From the NCBI RefSeq assembly GCF_001194135.2, contig NC_068985.1, positions 82,420,228 through 82,484,227 of the forward strand: a stretch of 64,000 nucleotides of DNA, given 5' to 3'. Position numbers and translations under genes: made by a program. Origin of the DNA: Octopus bimaculoides. Its lineage: Eukaryota. Shown piece after piece: positions 1-13,060 of this stretch; position 1 is the stretch's first letter; each line of letters begins with the position of its first letter. The notes below the pieces were generated by a model. That model was not told the DNA's origin. It searched no databases and saw nothing but the letters and a program-made list of their open reading frames with translations.

Positions 1-2019
1 ATATTGGTTAAAAAGTACTATGTCAGCTCTATCATTCAGAGCATATAATTACATTGTTATTGCACTATATTTAGCAGTGTACTTTATTATATCTATCTGG
101 AATAAAGTCATCCAGTGTATAATGTCTTGGTCATGAATGCTGGGCACAAATTTCATTTCCATATTTTAGAAAGTAAGCTTTTTGGGGGAATATAAATACA
201 TACTCACTTTTCCTCATAACGAAGAAAATGCTGTCTTTTATTTTAGTAATTACTAAGAAATAAGTGAGATTTTTCTTTAGTTTTTGAAAATGTTATTGTA
301 GTTTCCAATCATGGAAATGAACTTAAAAAGAATGTAATAACTTATTATTAATTTGAATAAAATAAAATAAGTTTACTTAAATGCAGTTTCTGAGTAAATC
401 AAATTTTATCCATTTTCTTCTTAAATGAACTGATTTGATTTGAGTTGTTTCAGTTTCTGTCAGCTTACTCCTATTTTAGATATTCACCATTTACGCAATC
501 CAAATTATTTATATAATGTTTGAAACATATAAAATTCACCATATTTAGTAAGAAATCCTAATGTAAGCATATTTTGCTACAAAATAGTTGACAGTTCTTA
601 ATGAACCATTTAATTTAGCTTGCAAGAAAAATTAGTCTGTAAATATTATTTCTGTCTAAATGAACCTTGTACAATATTGTAAATATTTTTTCTTTGACTA
701 CTTTGTCATTAAAATCCTGACAAGTTCATGAATGAAGATATATTGTGTTTCTTACGGAGATTTCTTTTTTGTTTTGTTTTAGATTTCGTTTTTCCTGTAT
801 TTTCTAGGTTAGGCAATTTTATTCTAATGAAAAATGCACCCTATTTTATTTAAAATAAATAAAATAGATATTTTTATCAACCTTACATCTTCACCTTGGA
901 ATAGCTTATAGAAAAAAATCTTTGACTTGTTTCCAGTGATGCAGTTTGGACAGTTATCATGATGTGGATAAATTATACTGTTATAAAAAGTATATAATTC
1001 AGCGTTAAGAACCACCATTTTATTACTATTCTCATCACAAACGTCAATTGGTAAAAAAAATTTGAGAAAGGTATGTTATTAAAAAAGATGAGATTTACAC
1101 TTTTACACAAAGCTGCCCAAGGCAAAATTTTGTTCAGCAGCAAGACAAATGAAATAGAATGAAAGTTGCTAAGAGCAAAATCATTAGTTGTAACGGAATA
1201 GAATAGAACATCTATTAAAAGAGCCTTAAGGCTAAATACTTTTCAAACTGGTACATGATACGTTTTACTTGAATTGATAACACAATAAGAAAAACTAAAG
1301 CTATTATAATAAAATATATCATGAAATAGAAAGACTGAAAATCTGTATGAATCAGAAAATAAAAATGACAACTGAAAAGTTTGTAGACAGCACCACTGTA
1401 GATCATGTCATACTGGAAAAAGTTAGCTATGTTTCTTTTAGGTCAAGTTTCTTTGTGAAACTTTAAGAATAGAATGAGTATGCCAGAAGAATATAATTAT
1501 TAGAGACAATGTGATTATTGATATAAATTTTTATATATGCACACATGCACGTGTGTGTATGTGTGATTAGATCCATATTTTTTCATTTTTTTTAAAGTCA
1601 CAATACACTAGGATGTCTCTGTAAGCTTCATGAACATTTTCCCTCAATTTTAATATTTAAATTGTTGAAAGAAATATTTTCTACTGTAATTATTTGTGAG
1701 GGCATCACCAAAATAAGCCAATTAGAGTAGTAGCTTAAAAGAAATTGGAAATCACAAGTTAGACTTGTAATGTTACTTTTTTTTTTTCATTTTTAATTTA
1801 AAAATTTAACTATGAAGATGAGCCTGTAACTTTCAAAATACACTTCTGAGTTTGTCAAGACTTACAAGTCTGTCATTAAATTATCATTCTTTTGAAAACA
1901 TTATAACTATACTTTAAAATATGGCAGATTAAAAAGTGTTGTAGTTCTTAATTTGGATTGAACTGCCCCTTGTCGAACTGAATTTTTCAATGAGATAAAG
2001 CTGAATTAATTCTTTACAA

Positions 2020-2330
2020 TTAACGCACACACACACACAGTGTGTATATATATATATATATATGCATATATTTAAACATTTGTCAATACATCTACTTGTG
2101 TATGTGTGTCTATATTTTCCTGTCTATATACAGCTCTGTATACATCTGCTTGTATGTCTCCATGTCCATCTCTGCATCTGCTAATCTGTCTACTTGCTCA
2201 TCTGTCTGTATATCTATTTGAACTTCTCCTTTGTATATTTGTCTGCATGTACGTTTGTATATCTGCACTGCTTTCTATTTCTCTATCTACATAATTGTAC
2301 ACACACACACAACATATATACACACACATG
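2020..2330. repeat. Compound and degenerate CA/TA/TCTG-type simple repeat
   Basis: (CA)n, (TA)n, a decayed TCTG/TCTA/TGTA tract, then (CA)n. Confidence 0.8.
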
Positions 2331-3825
2331 ATTTTTTCACTTGAAAATTATTTCAAATTGAAATTGTATTGTGTCCTTGTTGAAGATGATTTATATAATC
2401 TTAGTTTCCTTTTAATTGGAGCTATTTTGAATGTTTGATCTCATATTTTTTTATGAGTAAAGAATGAATAGAAACTTTTCAAAGGTTAGATTTAAGATGT
2501 TAAACATACTCTAGTTATTTTGTTTTTGACATAAGTTACTAATGTTATTCTGATATTGAAGAAATAACATATTAAACTTATGTTACTTTTTAGTTTTATA
2601 AAAATTATTGAATTATGTTTTGAGAATATTCTTTTGAATATTATTTTTAGCATGTCTAGTATATCTATTTTTACACTTTATGGATAATTTTATGCTTTCC
2701 AGATAAAGTAATTCTGTTAGGTCATTAAAATATTGCCGAATCCTTGCTCTTCCTGTGGTGATTCCATAACTTTCTCTTGAGTTACATGAAGACTAATTTC
2801 AGTAATACAGCTTATCAGTGAACTCATTTGTCTTGTCCATTACTGTAATGATCATTTTCACAAATATTATAGTTTAGAATTTTCCTTTTGGGAAATATAT
2901 TTGTGTTAAACTTAAATCCTTTTAATGAGTACAATTTTGCATTTTATGCTTTCTATTCAGCTTCTTAATTTTTTAAAATTTGGTTCAATATTTCTCATTT
3001 TCGGTTTTAAAATGTGAATTGGCACTTGATATATTTTCAATCCAAAGCTGATATTTATATTTGAAAACCTATTAAAAATTGATAGCATCTAATTGTTAAC
3101 TATTTTCATCAATAGGTTGTAAGTCTTAATCTATAAGATACATGTATTAGAATACGTCTTTATAAAATTTTAGCATGTGTAAGTTTGTCTGTTGTAACAA
3201 CAGGTTTATTATGACTTTTAACTTAGGCATATTAAACATTACACAAATTAACCAGTCTCAACACATTTCTTTTCAATTTTATCTGACCCTATGCAATTTC
3301 ACAATATAATCATGTACGACCATAGATAATAACCATCAGCATATTGATCCATATTCTACAAAATTATCTAGTGTTAGAATATTTTGCTTTTTTTTAAATA
3401 AAATTTTGAAGGTAAAGAAAAATATATCAATAGCTTGTATAACCTTTAGGTCATAACAAAACTTTCATGTTAAGTGGCACTAAGATAAGATTATCAAATG
3501 TTTTATTTATAGGTTTACAGAATCTGTTATTCTTATTTCAAGCTTTTCAATGAATATTGTAAATGCAATATAATTTTATTTTGGCTTGTAAAAATATGAC
3601 ATTTTAAAATGGTGGTCTATTCTATATGTGGCAATAACAATTTTTATCTTGAAGTTATTGGCAATTGATCAAAAATATTAATTTTTTGATGTTGTCTTTT
3701 ATTTTTGCACATTCCTTTTAATAAGTAAAATAATTGAAACGGTTGATTTTCTTCACAGAAATACCACATGTATAGGACATATTTATTATTCTATATTTTA
3801 TTTATATAGTCATATTGGTTTCAAA

Positions 3826-4011
3826 TTTTGACATAAGGCCAGCAATTTTATGTGAGGAGTAAGTCAATTGCATCAACCCTGATGTTCAACTGGTACTTAT
3901 TTTATCGACAGAAAATGGATCTTGGTGGAATTTGAACTCAGAACATAAAGATGGAGGAAATTCTGCAAAGCATTTTTCCTGGTGTGCCAATGTTTCTGCT
4001 GGTTTACCACC
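3826..4011 (-). mobile_element. Decayed tRNA-derived SINE (Meta/Nin-like core)
   Basis: Minus-strand head ggtggtaaaccagcagaaacattggcac...gttctgagttcaaattccacc (B-box-like), followed by ...gtcgataaaataagtaccagttg. Confidence 0.7.
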
Positions 4012-5454
4012 TAGAGAATATAGTCATATTGAAATATATAAATTATTGTTAAAAATATTTCCTTTATTCAATTCCTTTCATTTTATGACTTGTAATTTAC
4101 TATCACTCTACTTGTTAAAACTAGTTTTGACTATAATAACTTCCAAAATGTTTCCAGAAATATCTAAAGAACATCTTTTTTTGTACTTTATATTAGATGG
4201 AAAAAATTGTCTCCTTTCATGTTTTGTTATATAGCAAGCCAATTAAAATTATCTTTCTATAAAGCCTGCTCTATGCTAATTAAAGAATGTTTGAAAAAGA
4301 AAAATATTGCAGTAAAAACTAAACTTTTGCATGCTCACACTATAATTTTGGCCAAAATGTACAATGAGTTATCACATTTCTTATCAGGTGTGTACTATTA
4401 TCTGTGTTCCAGTGAAAAATGTTTGTCATTCTTCAGTAGAGAATGACATTTCTTACAGCTGTTGAGTTCATACTGCTTGAACTTTAACTTACTTTTTGGG
4501 ATAGTTTGTATTTGAATTAAGAGAATTGAATACATATACAATGTTGCGTTACAAATAAGTTAAAGTAGTGAAAGGTAGTAATACTTCAAAATCAAATGCA
4601 GCCTTATAAAATTCATATATAATGTATTTATTATACCAAGACACGCATACTACCCATACAATAACATTGGAGAACATGGTTTTTGTTGTTTGGTGTTGGA
4701 AACCTGCTTCATAGTAATTTTGGAGTACTGACTTCTGCTCTATTGCATCAAGATTTTACGTAAACTCAAATCTTAAGTTTTCAACATTTCCAGTATTGTC
4801 ACCATTTTTAAGGATAGATTTGGCTTCATGAAATGTAGACCCATGTGTGGATTTAGAAATAACTTTGAAAGAAGTTTTTCAATGTCATTTGAAGTAAATG
4901 TAACTACAAAAGTGAAAACAAAAGTTACAATTTAAATATTTTCAGTAAATAAAAAGCATCCAACTTGAGTAACTTTCACTATTTTCAATCTAACTTCTTT
5001 AAATGTCGTCATGATGACAGAAATGTCCTTTATACAATTAGATGTTAATAAACAACACATTTCTGTGATCCTTGACAACATACATGTGTCATGCTTGTGG
5101 AATTTTCTGTATTTGTTTGCAGATAGGCCCATACTGTACTTGATTTAGTGTGACTATCATTGCAAACCATGTGAGACACGTTTTGTTGAACCTCTAACTA
5201 TTTCTTATGAAAATTGGTATTTTGAATGTACTCTCAATGTTATAATTGTGAGGTCACATAGGTCAAAGTCACTTTTTGTCAAGCATAGTCATAGAACTGT
5301 AGAAAGAATGTTATGCCATGTATGCTCTTCATGGGACTTTGCCATCACAATTCTGTATTTGCTTACTTTACAACTGTTGACAATTCTGAGAATGCTTTTC
5401 TCAGGTGACAACTGGCTTGAATATATATTTTGTATTTCAGAAATATTACTAGTT

Positions 5455-6387
5455 GTGAAAGAAGAAAGTGCAAAAACAGCCCTGATATTTTCAGCTGTAT
5501 TTGTAGATGTTATCCTTTACCAAAGCAGCAAAACAAAATCACAGATTGTGTGAAGAAAGCATACCTTACTTTGCTATGAAACTGGGTGATTGAGACCAAA
5601 TCTGGGCATCCCGTATAGTGTCTAAAACATGTGTTGAACCACTGAGACAGTGTCTGTTTCAAATACTGAAGTAGAAAATTTCAAGCCTTGTCTCATGTGA
5701 AAATTAAGGTTTATATGTTTGAAGGGCCACAGGTGGCTATTGAGGGATGAGAAGTTTTGGGACACCATGCATTGCAAAAAAAAAGCATGGAGTGCTTTTG
5801 CTGCAGTTGTGCCTGATTTCCTGTGAACCAGGAAGTTGTCAAATTATGAAGAACCTGTTAACCTGTTTTCAAGCACTGGGCTACAACATGAGTGTAAAGT
5901 GCATTTCCTGCACAATCATCTGAACTGCTTCCTTGAAAACCATAGTGCAATGAGTGATGAGCAAAGAGAATGATTCCACCAAGACTATGGAAACTAGGTA
6001 TCAAGACAGATGGTATACAAACATGATGGCTGGCCACTGCTGGTCTCTGCAAATAGACTGTTGTGATGCAAGTTATTCACATGAAACAGCAAAGAGGAAG
6101 TTCACTCCTTGAGTAGTTGAAGCTCCAGTTTGACAAAAATATTTGCCCAAAGATGTATAATTAAATATTTTGTGCAACATATTTGTTAAGCAATAAAAAG
6201 TACTGTTTGATTGTGTTAGTTTCTTAATTATTGCATTTAATGAAAAAATTGATATACTTTTGGTAAAAAATGACTTTTTGTTTAACAAAAACACGAGAAA
6301 ATTTCTGAGGGCATTTCTGAACTCACCACCAACAAATTAGTTAAAAAGGAAGACAACTAAAACATTTTTCAAAAATGTTCCCCAGTG
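5455..6387 (+). mobile_element. Degenerate, internally deleted Chapaev3-like (CMC superfamily) DNA transposon; 3' terminus present, 5' terminus not seen
   Basis: Frameshifted translation gives RKCKNSPDIFSCICRC...KITDCVKKAY...MKLGD*DQIWASRIVSKTCVEPLRQ (N-terminal zinc-finger region). It jumps to FEGPQ...KAWSAFAAVV...FQALGYNMSVKVHFLHNHLNCFLENHSAMSDEQRE*FHQD..METRYQDRWYTNMMAGHCWSL, the typical C-terminal motifs. The element ends in tgttccccagtg at 6387. Confidence 0.82.
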
Positions 6388-9300
6388 AAATCATTAATAA
6401 TCATGAAAAGTAAATTTGTAGTGTAATAAAATACCCATAAAATGTATTAACATATATACTTACAATCTATCTATATACAAAACTTTCCAAATTTTAGTTC
6501 TTACACTTTTATTTTCTTTTATATTGGGGTGGCAGTCTCTAAAAGTAAAATTTTGACATATCTAAATATTTTCAGGTTAAACATAATGATTGTGTTTATA
6601 TTACACACTTTCATTAAAAAATTTTTGCATAGCACTTTAATTTTAACTGTAATCTTAGAAGATATGGATTTTAAAAAATTATCTTGTAACCATTACATTT
6701 TTCATAATTAGTACAATAGTCATTCAGAAGTATAATGTTTCCTTGAAATTAATTGACTAACTATAATACTTCCTTTAATTCAGTTGCTCTATAAATTCAT
6801 AGAAATTAAGAATTGTACTGATTGATTTTATCTAATTTTTTTTTCTACATTAACTTTCTACCACAAAAAATATTCATCTTCATTAACAAAGTCTCTCAGA
6901 ATGAGAAGCAGTGTAAACTAAACTCTCACATGCAATTACTGACTTGCGTTCTTTGGTTAATGGTCAACTTGAGAACAAATATAATCCATATTTTATTATT
7001 TTTTGCATAATTCCATTTCTTTTTAAATTTAAGAATGTAGAAACATTTTCCATTCCCCGCCAACACTGTCAATTATAACTACAACTTTGTTACTAATGTC
7101 CTTTCCTTTTGACTAAAGCTACTTGATAATTTTGCTTTATTTGTATAAACTATACTTTCATTAAGCATTGAATCATTAGATAACAACTTGGTGCATATAA
7201 TCCCTCACCCACTTTTTTTTTTTTTAACTTTTTCATCCTATAATGCATGGACATTTTTGTATTGAATAGCATTTTTTCTTAAATTTCACACCAGTTCTGC
7301 TAGATTAATTCTAATTTCTAATGAAATATATTCATTTAACTGTTACATATTGATTGATATCCTTAAATATATACTTCATACTTACTTGTAAGTATGAAAT
7401 TTTCTTTTTTGAGTTATACATGTTTTGTATCTTTTACATACATTACAATCTTTAATTGCTATGTTGTGTACATGTAATAATGATATATATTTCCTCTATA
7501 ATTCCTCTTGAAAGTCTGTAGTTACTCCAGCTGTATTTTATACCTTTGAGGTATTATCAGCTCAGCCTCTTATATATATTCTTTCTTCTGAAATCATATT
7601 TTTATCATGTCTCAATTACATGTTGTTTAATATAAAAAAATTCAAACTTAGTAGGATTACTTGAATTGCAATCTGCTAATCTCACTCAGACTGTTAAATT
7701 TATCTCTAATAGTATTTATGAGTTATTATTATTTTTTAACTTAACATATCTCAGTTTTCCTGTATGTATCTTGGTCATAATGTTATTTAGAAAGCACATT
7801 TTAATCTTTCAGAATGTCTGAACTACAATATCTCTTTGCTGTGAAAGTAATTTTGAAGTACATTTTAAATCTATTTCTCTTCACCCCCCCCCTTTTTTTC
7901 TCTCTCTAAAGAAAGCTCTAAAATAATCCCCTTAGCACATTTTATTTCAAAGCTTAAGAATTCCAGATTTATATTTGTTGTATCATAATTGTTGTTGATT
8001 TGGACAAATTCTATAAATTGGATGCTTGGCTTGTATATATATATATATTGACATTGAGTATGTAATAAAGCATTACTCTTTAAAGTGATATGAAAACAAT
8101 TTTGAGATTATAATTTTTGATGTTTTCAATGTTAATGGCTATAATTTTAAAAAATGACTTCTTATTTCCCTGAAAACAACTGCCTGTTTTTATTTGTGCT
8201 AAACTATGGTTTAAATTTTAATTTTTTGAATGCTAAACTTTCCATTATTTATCAGTTTAAGAATAAAGTTTCAATCGCAAATATTCATTGTTAACTTAAC
8301 ATTCAGTTTTATCTATCAAAGCTATCTTATTTCAAGTAATTTAATGTAATAAACATTTAACTTTGATCATGAAGATTAAAAGTATCTTTGAAGATTTGCA
8401 CCTATAAAGTATAGAAATATTTTTTGATCTCTGTATGCTTAGTTTCAACTATTACATTGATTTTGCTTCATTTTACTTTATATTATAATTGGAAATAATT
8501 CCTTTTTTAGATTTTGTGTGATAATGACAAATTAAAACAATCATCTATAATGTCAGTAAATGTCTTATCTTTACAATAATGCATTGGAAGATATTCATTT
8601 CTGATAAGTAATAAAACTTAAATAGCTTCGGGAAACTGTTTCATTATCATAACAGGGAAAGGATAAGAATTTATCTAAAATTTTAAACATAAATATTGGC
8701 TAGATAAATATTTTTTAGGTTTTGTATTTCTGTAATTTATCAAATAGAATTTAATGATTATTACCTCTTTTCTTATATTTTGAAGTACATAAGTTATTTG
8801 ATTAGGATATTCTTTCATATATTGATATAAATGTTCCTATTCAAGTATTATACCAATCACTTATGAGTAATATATAACTACATATAAGAATATATACTAT
8901 AAGAAAGCAAGCAAATGGAAATAGAATTTGAAAAGTATCCTATTTCTGTAATTAGAAAATAAGAAGTTAATTGTACATTTGTTACTAGTGGCTTTGAGAA
9001 TGAAAATGACTTTTATGCTTTTATACCTTCGTAATAAGGAACAGCTTTTCTTGTTAAATCAGCTTTACAATAGCCCCTTGTATTAAATTACCATTGAACT
9101 AAAAGCTTTGCATCTTAGAAGCTAACATTGATGATTAAGGGATTTGTGGTTATGAGCCCTATTTCAAAGATATTTTTTTGTACTTTGTTTTATTTCAAAT
9201 GCAGCTGTAAAGAAAAAAATTTAGGTACCACATTTATTGATGTATGTCACACATTTGTATTCAAATTTTGTAACAAAAATTAGGCTTAAAATTCTTATGC

Positions 9301-10030
9301 AAGACATTTCATCATTATCACAGTTGGCTGCTGTTATAAATATTGCACCATGTGAGCAGAGATTGTGTGTGACTTTAGCCATCTTGAATAAACTACTGTA
9401 CTTTCCAATACATAGAAAGTAAACCAGGAAAAATTATTCAGTGCTGTTTTAGTGTGTGGTCAACCATTGCATCCATAGTCTATGCTGTGAAATTACCTGA
9501 TCTCGGTTAGGGTTAATATATACGGTTTTAGGGTTAAACTGCACACTAAATTATAAATGGCTAGATAGAATGCATACTAAAGTGGCACCAATTATTCTTG
9601 GTCTGTTTTTTTTTCTTTATAGCTTAGTAACTATAAAGATTTTTAGAGATGAATTCAAAAAAGCTAGACAGGTAGAATGAAGTAACTGATGAGCAGAATA
9701 TGGATAATTGACAGAGGTAAAATTTGAGACAGTCTGATCTTTTAACATATTGATGATGTTAGGTTCTAGAATGATATGATGATATGTAGGCATGGGGATT
9801 AGATATTGATAAGTTAATGATAAATAAGACATGTTGGTAAGAATTGACAGCAAAGTTTGAAAGAAACTGGTACAAGAAATGTGGAACTTGTGAACATCAA
9901 ATGGAAAAGAAAGAAAAGAAAGTTTTATTAGGATTTGTTTGTCAAACTGTAAACTTGCTAAAGAGATAACTATAAAAGGGTAAAATTGTCCTCCATGTCA
10001 AATGTTGATATAAGGGTAACTACTCGTGTA

Positions 10031-10362
10031 AAAACAGCGTTCATGTAATATTGCTTCCAAACTTTGAGACATGTGATTTGCAGAATTTGGGAGAGTGTTT
10101 TCTGTATGACAAAAAAAATTGCGAGAGGTTTGAGAAAGCAAAGCAGGAAACTTTACTAGAAATACCAAGTATGCAAAAAGGCATGAAGAGTGGGGACAGG
10201 TTTTATATCCAGAGATAAACACCTACAAGATTGGGTCACTGATAAGAATGGTAAATCTGCTACAGATAAGTTTGAAGACTACATTGTTTTCTCTTAATTC
10301 ATCATTTAAAGCTGCTAATGGATGGCCCCATCGTTTTATAATGAGAAATGGGCTTAGTCTAC
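10031..10362 (+). mobile_element. pogo/Tigger-like transposase N-terminal fragment (Brinker-type and CENP-B/Tc5 HTH), decayed
   Basis: KQRSCNIASKL*..FAEFG near the start, ...LYPEI..HLQDWVT... in the middle, and FKAANGWPHRFIMRNGLSL, which matches the FKASNGWLxRFxxRxGLSLR motif. Confidence 0.65.
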
Positions 10363-10939
10363 TTTTTTTTATTAATTGATAGTTTCATAGTTGTACTTAA
10401 CTTTAATTATGCTTTGCTGACTACTTTGTTTAATTTGCTTTAATGATTTTGATACTAAAATATACTTTCCGAAATATGATTTCAGTCATATATTATGTAT
10501 GTAGTGTCTTTTCCATAATCATCTTTATAATTTATTTTGTTAATAAACATGTTCAACAAATCAACTCATTTTCTAACCTCACTAATGATAGTAGACATGT
10601 AACATCATTTGAAACTCTCTCTGGCCTTTGAAGTTTCATCTTCCATGCAGAATCCTATAAGTTTTGTACCAAGTCTTCTGTACAAAATATGGGAAATGAA
10701 TTATACACTGTACAACTTATATACAACTAAATACAATATAATGTTAAGCTAAATTAAAAGCAATAATACTTGTGATAAGATGACTACTGCAAAACTTATT
10801 TTGTTGTATATGATCTAAGGCACTCACTCAGTCTGGAGATGTTTTAAAATTTACTGTTCAATAGATTGAGCACAAATTAGCCTTTACTGAAATGTAGCTC
10901 AAGCAGCTTTGTTGATAAGCACTTATAATACAAATAGAG

Positions 10940-11400
10940 GATGCATAAGAGATGAAAAAAAATGCCCTAAGGAGATGGATATCTTTGTGGATAAAGCAAA
11001 CAAATTAGCAAATGGAATGATGTCATTCGATGAAACTTTATTATCAAGATGCTAAGGAAAATACTATACTAATGATTTGTTTAACCATACCAACTTGAGT
11101 TAGTGTTACATCAATGATACTGATGAATATGTGTTTAGAACTTTTGCAACATATATAAAGGCTAATTTCAATTTAAAAATTAAAACATGACCCTGGAGGT
11201 TGAGATTAAGAAAATAGTTTTGCGCAAGAAACTATGCAGCAGAATTTGACTATTAAGGAATATAAACCTTCAACTTAGACAGTAAAAGTGTTGATTTTTA
11301 GAATTGTTAATCTATAATAAGCTGTTTTGAAAAAAGTTAATATACAGAATCTCAAGAGATTGTTAAGAATTGTTTTAATTGCAAGTTGGTAGCATCTATA
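10940..11400 (+). mobile_element. Highly decayed RTE-like LINE RT/C-terminal fragment
   Basis: DLFN, a degenerate YADD region, and LEVEIKKIVLRKKL.SRI.LLRNINLQLRQ, resembling the RTE EIKxRI..A...F......LxNxxLxLxLR segment. Confidence 0.45.
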
Positions 11401-12539
11401 TCATTGGTGGTGAAGTTATGGCACTAAAATTGAATGTGAATCGATCTTTTTTAAGTTTATTTACTGTGAATACATTTATATGCAAAAATAAATTTGTAAA
11501 TCTAGTTTATTAATTGGTCACCTACTGAGATTAAGTGACATAGAGGTCTGGATATATGCATTTATGAACAGGAAAGTTTACAGATGAATCATAAAAACTA
11601 AAACATGGGTAATATTGAATCATCAATTTTCCTGAAAATAAGTTGTAATGTGTTCAGTTGTGCCCAAGAGAGCTAAGTGCTCATTTTATAGAAGTTGTTA
11701 TGTCTGAAGTAAGCATTCAGGTAGGGTTAAATCATATGAGTGAGGAAACTGAAATTTACTTTAAAAAATATGCAGATTGTGAAAAAGTCTACATAAATGT
11801 CTATTATCCTGATATTAGATGAATTATAAAGGTCTGTTTTCTTTCTTTTTTATTATGCATTTTGTGAATAATAGCGTCATTGATTGTAAGTTTGAATAGA
11901 CTAATTGCTGTTTCATTTCACTTATGATGAAGAGGGAGACACAAGAATGCACAGTTATTTTTAACTCCTATTTTTATCAATTTACATATATATGATTATT
12001 TTTAACCTTGGAATAAATTCTGAAAGAAAAAAGATTAGGCCATATCTCTATCAAGTTAATGACTATTTTTCTATTGTGGCAAATGTTGGATAAGTTTAAA
12101 GTATAACATACTTCCTTGTATGTTGCTACTGTCTGCATCAGCTAGCCACCTCATTTTGTTTCACTCTGCATATCTTTTACTTTCTCTCCTTTAAACCCAA
12201 ATTTTCTTATCCATCTCTTTGTTCTATCAAAGCAACTGTTTACTGCCTAATCATGGTTATTTGCAAAATTTCTTATTCCTAGTTAGCTAACTGCTTGGAG
12301 CTCTACTAGTTCTGATTTTCATATATAATGCAGCTAAGTGAACAACTGATATATTTCTTTAGATATATCACTACACATCCCTCATGAAACCAAAATGCGT
12401 GGCCCTTGAATGCTTGAGTAGTTCAAGTGAAGGGCACTGTTTACAATGGGTGTGTGATTTTCCATATTGTAATTACTGCATGATTACCAGAAGGGCAAAG
12501 TATATGTTGTATAGTATATAGCCTGAAAGTTCTTTTGCT

Positions 12540-12730
12540 ACCTGGATTCAACATAATTTGTTTTTCTCCTACGAAGATGCTCACTATCAATTTTTAAGAA
12601 TTCTTATATCTACACTCCTCAAGCAAAATGGCAGTAAAAGTAGCATTCCTGCTAACAAAGCCACTATATTCATTGCCTGCTTTGCTTTCAACTACACACC
12701 TCATATGAACTCCTCTCTTGTTTCACCACC
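12540..12730 (+). mobile_element. CR1-like LINE ORF2 fragment (linker before the RT domain)
   Basis: SSIPANKATIFIACFAFN resembles the SxxDKAxLFAxxFxxNS motif of CR1-like ORF2. Confidence 0.45.
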
Positions 12731-13060
12731 ATGTTGCATATAGTTGTAAAGTATAGGCAAGTATCTCCAATTATGCTAACTTGACAGAGAGACCAAACCC
12801 TGATATTATTTATTCTATTATCCTCAAGCAGTGTGTTTTGCTGTTTGAACCATTATCATTAAACCGTTCTCTATACTGGAGTCTATTCTGATTTATGGAA
12901 ACATAACACAGTGTTTCTGCATTAATTTTCAAAGAACTTTTACTGGCACTGCTGGCTAGCTCTTTTTATTCCAGTTCATTCTTCCATGTTTTTGGCAACA
13001 TTTTATGTGGTCCTTAAACTTTCCACTTCCAGTTGGAGATGAATTTTTTTTACCCACTTA

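Noticed and set aside
7375-7398. Perfect 11-bp hairpin ttcatacttac-tt-gtaagtatgaa
   Set aside because: Isolated and AT-rich, with no associated element or TSD; plausible by chance in 64 kb.
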